DNA of 64,000 nucleotides from a virus (Duplodnaviria; Heunggongvirae; Uroviricota; Caudoviricetes): IMG/VR virus record IMGVR_UViG_2541047959_000009; one strand, 5' to 3'. Shown piece by piece: positions 58,794 to 64,000 of this stretch (position 1 is its first letter; each line of letters starts with the position of its first letter). The notes under the pieces were generated by a model. It saw only the letters and a program-made list of their open reading frames with translations, ran no database searches and was not told where the DNA came from. The position numbers and the translations under genes were made by a program.

Positions 58794-59156
58794 ATGGCTA
58801 GCGAACGCAGTACCAACGTGCAGGAATTTATCGGGGAGCTGGACGGCGGCGTATTTGAAACCAAAATCGGCGCAGTTCTCAGTGAAGTCGCTTCCGGTGT
58901 GATGAACACGAAAACCAAAGGTAAGGTCTCGCTCAACCTGGAAATCGAACCGTTTGATGAGAACCGTGTGAAAATAAAACACAAACTCTCATATGTTCGT
59001 CCGACTAACCGCGGGAAAATTTCCGAAGAAGACACCACCGAAACGCCGATGTATGTCAATCGCGGTGGTCGCCTGACTATTCTGCAGGAAGACCAGGGAC
59101 AATTACTGACTCTTGCCGGTGAACCTGACGGAAAACTCCGCGCAGCAGGTCATTAA
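58794..59156 (+). CDS. Phage early protein (120 aa)
   Basis: ATG 58794 with GAGGAG RBS; upstream in-frame stretch is GC-rich non-coding. Confidence 0.5.
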   Translation: MASERSTNVQEFIGELDGGVFETKIGAVLSEVASGVMNTKTKGKVSLNLEIEPFDENRVKIKHKLSYVRPTNRGKISEEDTTETPMYVNRGGRLTILQEDQGQLLTLAGEPDGKLRAAGH

Positions 59157-59221
59157 TATCGTTCTTAATTAACTGATTATTTATCTCATCACTGAATATC
59201 TTTATATAGTGAGGACTTATT

Positions 59222-60046
59222 ATGTCTCAGAACTTAGACGCAACCGCAATTAATCAAATCCATGCCCTTATTTCTGCTCAGGGTGTTAATGAAATTATCA
59301 GTAAGATTGGTGCCGACGCAGTGGCATTACCTGAAAATTTCCGCATTCATGATCTGGAAAAATTTAATTTAAATCGCTTCCGTTTCCGTGGTGCGCTTTC
59401 CACTGCCAGCATCGATGACTTTACCCGTTATTCTAAAGATCTTGCGGATGAAGGCACCCGCTGCTTTATCGATGCCGATAATATGCGTGCCGTCAGTGTG
59501 CTTAACCTGGGTACTATTGATGAGCCTGGTCACGCAGATAACACCGCCACTCTCAAACTGAAAAAGACAGCACCGTTCTCTGCTCTGTTGTCTGTTAACG
59601 GCGAGCGTAACTCCCAGAAGTCACTGGCAGAATGGATTGAAGACTGGGCCGACTACCTTGTGGGCTTTGATGCTAATGGTGATGCCATTCAGGCAACAAA
59701 AGCGGCTGCGGCAGTCCGTAAAATCACGATTGAAGCAAACCAGACCGCTGATTTTGAAGACAATGACTTCAGCGGCAAACGCTCCCTGATGGAGTCTGTC
59801 GAAGCGAAGACCAAAGATATTATGCCAGTGGCATTTGAATTTAAATGCGTTCCGTTTGAAGGCCTGAAAGAACGTCCGTTTAAATTACGCCTCAGCATTA
59901 TCACTGGCGATCGTCCTGTACTGGTTCTGCGCATTATTCAGCTGGAAGCAGTGCAGGAAGAAATGGCTAACGAATTTCGTGATCTGCTTGTTGAGAAATT
60001 CAAGGACAGCAAAGTAGAAACCTTTATTGGTACTTTTACCGCCTGA
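59222..60046 (+). CDS. YfdQ-like (DUF2303) phage protein
   Basis: 274-aa ORF; resembles E. coli CPS-53 YfdQ by size and sequence as I recall. Confidence 0.6.
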   Translation: MSQNLDATAINQIHALISAQGVNEIISKIGADAVALPENFRIHDLEKFNLNRFRFRGALSTASIDDFTRYSKDLADEGTRCFIDADNMRAVSVLNLGTIDEPGHADNTATLKLKKTAPFSALLSVNGERNSQKSLAEWIEDWADYLVGFDANGDAIQATKAAAAVRKITIEANQTADFEDNDFSGKRSLMESVEAKTKDIMPVAFEFKCVPFEGLKERPFKLRLSIITGDRPVLVLRIIQLEAVQEEMANEFRDLLVEKFKDSKVETFIGTFTA

Positions 60047-60173
60047 TTTCATTACTGCAAATGCCCCTGCGGGGGCATTTATGGAAACGTAATTGACTCA
60101 ATAATCGCCGGATGGTGAGGGCTTTCTTTTACCAGAATTCAGCGCGGTGCAGCGCATATACGTGGAGAACAAA

Positions 60174-60698
60174 ATGTCATTTATTAAAACTTTTTCCGGG
60201 AAGCATTTTTATTATGACAGGATAAATAAAGACGACATCGTTATTAACGATATCGCGGTTTCTCTTTCAAATATCTGTCGCTTTGCAGGACATCTTTCAC
60301 ATTTCTACAGCGTCGCCCAACATGCGGTGCTTTGCAGCCAACTGGTACCGCAGGAATTTGCTTTTGAAGCGTTAATGCATGATGCAACAGAAGCGTATTG
60401 CCAGGACATCCCGGCGCCACTGAAACGCCTTCTTCCTGACTATAAACGGATGGAAGAAAAAATAGACGCCGTAATCCGTGAGAAATACGGGTTACCCCCG
60501 GTTATGAGTACGCCCGTGAAATATGCCGATCTCATCATGCTGGCAACCGAACGCCGCGATCTCGGGCTTGATGATGGCTCTTTCTGGCCCGTACTGGAAG
60601 GTATCCCGGCAACAGAGATGTTCAAAGTTATTCCACTGTCGCCAGGCCATACCTATGGGATGTTTATGGAACGCTTTAAAGAGTTAACTGAGTCGTAA
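60174..60698 (+). CDS. YfdR-like HD-domain protein
   Basis: Start MSFIKTF with GGAGA RBS; H...HD motif (HAVLCSQ, MHDATEAY). Confidence 0.6.
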   Translation: MSFIKTFSGKHFYYDRINKDDIVINDIAVSLSNICRFAGHLSHFYSVAQHAVLCSQLVPQEFAFEALMHDATEAYCQDIPAPLKRLLPDYKRMEEKIDAVIREKYGLPPVMSTPVKYADLIMLATERRDLGLDDGSFWPVLEGIPATEMFKVIPLSPGHTYGMFMERFKELTES

Positions 60699-60806
60699 AA
60701 ATCAGCACGTACGAATTCAAACTCTGCCATAAAAGAACATATAAGTAATTTATTAACATATAGATATAGGTTATATTACAAATTGAAAAATTATTGGAGA
60801 GCAACA

Positions 60807-61673
60807 ATGAATCAAAATCCATTCTCATTCTATGACTTTCTTGGATATTTAATACCAGGTGGTTTTTTTATCCTATTAATGTATTTCTGTGGTTTGACAT
60901 TCGATCTAGATATTGTTATTGACTTAAGTGAATTGCTCAGAGGTCAAAGTCAAATCTTTGGCATTTTGAACTACGCTTCAATAGTTATTATATCTTATAT
61001 AGCTGGACATTTTATTTCTATCACGTCAGCATTTTTTATCGAAAAATACATGAATAAAGAATTAGGATATCCTTCCAAATATCTATTTAAAAAATTGATA
61101 GATACCTCAGAAAGCATTTGTAGCCCATCATGCGATGAGAGAAGCGCTGATAAAAAAACAAAAATAAAGAATCGCATAATCAAATGCGTATTATGTCCAA
61201 TAATACTATGGGATTTTATAACACAAAAACTATGTTATTCTCAATCTCTACCATTTCATTTAGCTAATACAACATGGTTAATGATCAAAGAAGGTTATGA
61301 GAAAAAGTTCATAACAAATCGCCAATTATTACAAGATAAAAACGGACTTGATGATGATCTCTTCAGATTGGCATATCATTATGTTTATGAGTTTTCAAAA
61401 CAACATCAAACAAAAATTCAAAACTATGTTGCATTATATGGTTTTTGCAGAAACATATGTTTAATCTTTATAATTTCATTTTGGGTATCAGTTCCAACCT
61501 TTATTTATCGATTATGTACTCATAGTGATTATCTTTATAGTTTACTTTCAATAATGCTTAGCTTTTTCTTCGTCTATGTTTTCTATGTTGGTTTTGTTAA
61601 ATTTTATAGAAGATATACTTTAGAAGTATTAATGGCATTTGCTGTACTTCAAAGTAACGACACTATTCGTTAA
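60807..61673 (+). CDS. AT-rich multi-pass membrane protein (moron)
   Basis: Start MNQNPFSFYDF with GGAGAG RBS; hydrophobic helices at both ends. Confidence 0.5.
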   Translation: MNQNPFSFYDFLGYLIPGGFFILLMYFCGLTFDLDIVIDLSELLRGQSQIFGILNYASIVIISYIAGHFISITSAFFIEKYMNKELGYPSKYLFKKLIDTSESICSPSCDERSADKKTKIKNRIIKCVLCPIILWDFITQKLCYSQSLPFHLANTTWLMIKEGYEKKFITNRQLLQDKNGLDDDLFRLAYHYVYEFSKQHQTKIQNYVALYGFCRNICLIFIISFWVSVPTFIYRLCTHSDYLYSLLSIMLSFFFVYVFYVGFVKFYRRYTLEVLMAFAVLQSNDTIR

Positions 61674-61675
61674 TA

Positions 61676-61921
61676 ATGTTGCTCCCGTGTGCAGACGGGA
61701 TAATGGAGAAACGTATGCTGAACCTCGATTGTGTTCCTATCTCAACTTATTGCAAAGAAACTGGCGAAACTCCTGAAGCAATAAACAAACGTGTACAGCG
61801 CGGTGTTTGGCGTGAAGGTGTTCAGGTTTTAAAGGTTGAAGGCGTTAAGGAGAGGTGGATTGATCTTAGTGAGGTTGCAAAATGGGCCAGACAAAACTGC
61901 TCAAACTACCGCGCGGCGTAA
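61676..61921 (+). CDS. xis: Excisionase-like protein
   Basis: 81-aa ORF immediately upstream of and overlapping int. Confidence 0.55.
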   Translation: MLLPCADGIMEKRMLNLDCVPISTYCKETGETPEAINKRVQRGVWREGVQVLKVEGVKERWIDLSEVAKWARQNCSNYRAA

Positions 61922-63054
61922 CAATCAGGAAACACCACCAGGGAGAAACGATCAATATAACTTTCACCTACAAAGGAGTTAGATGTCGTGAGCCGCTTTC
62001 CAATCTGGAAGTAACACCAAAGAACATTAAATACGCCGAGCGTACACTCGGCGAAATCCATAATAAGATCGAAAGGGGAACATTCATTTATGCAGAATAT
62101 TTTCCCCGTTCTGCTCGTTTGAAAATTTTTGGTAATGCTGCTGCAAGCAAAACGGTAAAGATGTACCTGGACGAATATCTTGAAATCTGCGAAACAAGAA
62201 AACTTTCACCCTCTACGATTGGTGGCTATAAAAAATGCCGTAGTGCGTTAGCCTCACTTCACATTTGCCCTGCAAGTGAATTAACACCAGCAACCCTGAA
62301 AGCGTGGATTCAAAGCCAGAAAACAACCTTAAAAACCATTCGCAACCAGTTATCTTTCCTACGGTCAGCACTTGATGAAGCCGTGACCGATGGGGTACTT
62401 CAAATTAACCCCGTATCGTTAGTAACAGCTTCGCGCTACCAAAGTGATAAGTCAGAAGCAGAAAGCAGCTATGTGGTTGATCCGCTATCACCAGCAGAAG
62501 TTGATGCATTACTAGCAGCAGCCGGAAACAAACAATGGGAAAATCTGTTCCGGTTCGCCATACATACAGGCCTGCGTAGTTCTGAATTATGTGCCCTACG
62601 ATGGCATGATATCGACTTTGTTGGAAAAACAGCCCATGTTCAGAGCGCAAGTGTTGTCGGAGTTATCAAAGGAACAAAGACAAAAGCCGGTACCCGTAAA
62701 GTTGAACTGACTGAAGAAGCAATGTTGGCGTTGATAAACCAGAAGCCATTTACATTCATGAAGGATGCTACTGTCTTTGAAGATCCAAAGACCAATAAAC
62801 CCTGGGCAAGTGCTGATGCAATTAGGAAAAAAGCATGGGTGCCAACATTGCGAAAAGCAGGTATTCGTTACAGAAACCCATATCAAACCAGGCATACATT
62901 CGCCACCAGCCATATCAGCCGGGGAGCAAACCTGTTTTGGCTTGCGGCTCAAATGGGCCATAAAGGGCCTGAAATGTTATTCAGGCACTATGGACAATAC
63001 TTGAAAGAGTATGATGGGAGGGCAAGTATCAAGGATAAAAAGGCTTTATTTTAA
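61882..63054 (+). CDS. int: Tyrosine integrase (lambda-type)
   Basis: 390-aa ORF; C-terminal R...HxxRHT...Y pattern (TRHTFATS, RHYGQY). Confidence 0.85.
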   Translation: MGQTKLLKLPRGVTIRKHHQGETINITFTYKGVRCREPLSNLEVTPKNIKYAERTLGEIHNKIERGTFIYAEYFPRSARLKIFGNAAASKTVKMYLDEYLEICETRKLSPSTIGGYKKCRSALASLHICPASELTPATLKAWIQSQKTTLKTIRNQLSFLRSALDEAVTDGVLQINPVSLVTASRYQSDKSEAESSYVVDPLSPAEVDALLAAAGNKQWENLFRFAIHTGLRSSELCALRWHDIDFVGKTAHVQSASVVGVIKGTKTKAGTRKVELTEEAMLALINQKPFTFMKDATVFEDPKTNKPWASADAIRKKAWVPTLRKAGIRYRNPYQTRHTFATSHISRGANLFWLAAQMGHKGPEMLFRHYGQYLKEYDGRASIKDKKALF

Positions 63055-63663
63055 GTCATTATGCCAATCGTCTACTGTTTGAAACCAAATTTTTAACCTT
63101 TGCATAAAGGTACGATCCTTTTTGGGAGGGTGGTACCTTTGAAAAGAAGTATGTAACGCTTCGATAACTCCCATACAAGCATCAATTACTTCTTGTGCTT
63201 TAACCGGGCGATCGGCATCTGAAAGCTTGTGAGCGACCTCACAATCCAGAGTTGCTTTCTCTAGTACAGATGAGAACACCTCGTCAGGTATATACAGTCC
63301 TCTGCTTTCCAAAATGCAAATCAGTTTGGAAACTTGTTGAGCTTTAGCCAAGATAGTTAACAAGTATGAAACAGAAGCCTTTGTTCTATCCTTTTGCAAC
63401 CTTAACAATCGATGCTTTGATGCTCTAATTTTAGGTTGAGTTGTCTGACTGAGCCAATAGTTAGAAGAAATATCAGAAATTTCAATAACTAACTTTGAAA
63501 TAGCATCAATAATTGATTTCGATTCAGAACGTGTCGCCAGTTTTACAGAATTATTGTACGCAACTCGCCATCCAATGAAAACTAAGCAGACGCTAACTAC
63601 TGTGATACACCACGAATACTGTCCTATTTGTGCTACTAATGACATTGGTTCCGTACTGATCAA
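63046..63663 (-). CDS. Hypothetical protein with N-terminal transmembrane helix (cargo next to int)
   Basis: 205-aa ORF convergent with int; hydrophobic 12-35 then helical soluble region. Confidence 0.5.
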   Translation of the reverse strand: MISTEPMSLVAQIGQYSWCITVVSVCLVFIGWRVAYNNSVKLATRSESKSIIDAISKLVIEISDISSNYWLSQTTQPKIRASKHRLLRLQKDRTKASVSYLLTILAKAQQVSKLICILESRGLYIPDEVFSSVLEKATLDCEVAHKLSDADRPVKAQEVIDACMGVIEALHTSFQRYHPPKKDRTFMQRLKIWFQTVDDWHNDLK

Positions 63664-63673
63664 CTATCGCCTC

Positions 63674-64000
63674 TTATACTCTTTCTGGTTGTGCTAAATC
63701 AATAAATTTATCAATCTGTTCTTTGTAGAACGGAACATCACTTTTTATAATCAAACGTGCTTTAACGTTGGCTTTAGGTATCCCTTCCTTACGGATGAGA
63801 CCTCCAAACGCCTCTTCTAAGAAAGAGGAACCAACACCCAGTGCTATACCGCGAAAATCAACCACAATCTCCTGTTCAGTACCCTTCAGCGCAGGCACCA
63901 AAAACTCTCTACGAAATCTTTCCGCACTGTGTGGGCTATCCGTTGTGTAACGTCCGAAAGGTGTTCTGGAGAACTCCTTCGCTATGACGATATTTCTCAT
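63674..64000 (-). CDS. Small STAS-like (DUF4325-like) protein; ATG is the last 3 nt of the window
   Basis: 108-aa ORF MRNIVIAKEFSRTPFGRY...FRGIALGVGSSFLEEAFGGL resembles STAS/DUF4325 as I recall; co-oriented with 63046-63663. Confidence 0.45.
   Translation of the reverse strand: MRNIVIAKEFSRTPFGRYTTDSPHSAERFRREFLVPALKGTEQEIVVDFRGIALGVGSSFLEEAFGGLIRKEGIPKANVKARLIIKSDVPFYKEQIDKFIDLAQPERV

Overview
This window looks like enterobacterial DNA holding two prophages plus accessory cargo. (1) Positions 1-21975: a P2/186-family prophage, with late genes V,S,R,lysCBA,K,Y,X,L,M,N,O on the minus strand, P (terminase) and Q (portal) on the plus strand, then replication gene A, dam, 186-type cII/apl/cI and int, ending at a 45-nt copy of the ssrA (tmRNA) 3-prime end that I read as the attachment core. 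It carries AT-rich cargo at three sites: an AIPR-like abortive-infection gene in the S-V gap, an unknown 469-aa gene between portal Q and a cos-like site, and a RES-domain-like gene directly after int. (2) About 22000-27650: accessory island with a PD-(D/E)xK nuclease-like gene, a GIY-YIG nuclease-like gene, a tRNA-Pro 3-prime fragment, a frameshifted dinI-like remnant and a GmrSD-like (DUF262/DUF1524) type IV restriction gene. (3) About 27900-64000: a lambdoid prophage with Mu-like contractile tail, HK97-like head, HNH/terminase, lysis cassette, Q-like antiterminator, replication and cI/cro immunity region, xis-int, and several AT-rich morons. Its tail-fibre locus is a mirrored, G-segment-like cassette with no invertase gene nearby. 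No intact tRNA, rRNA, CRISPR array or IS element was seen. All protein calls rest on remembered family motifs and synteny; no database search was run. The best candidates for an undescribed system are the cargo genes at 11127-12536, 20591-21814, 22361-24741 and 63046-64000.
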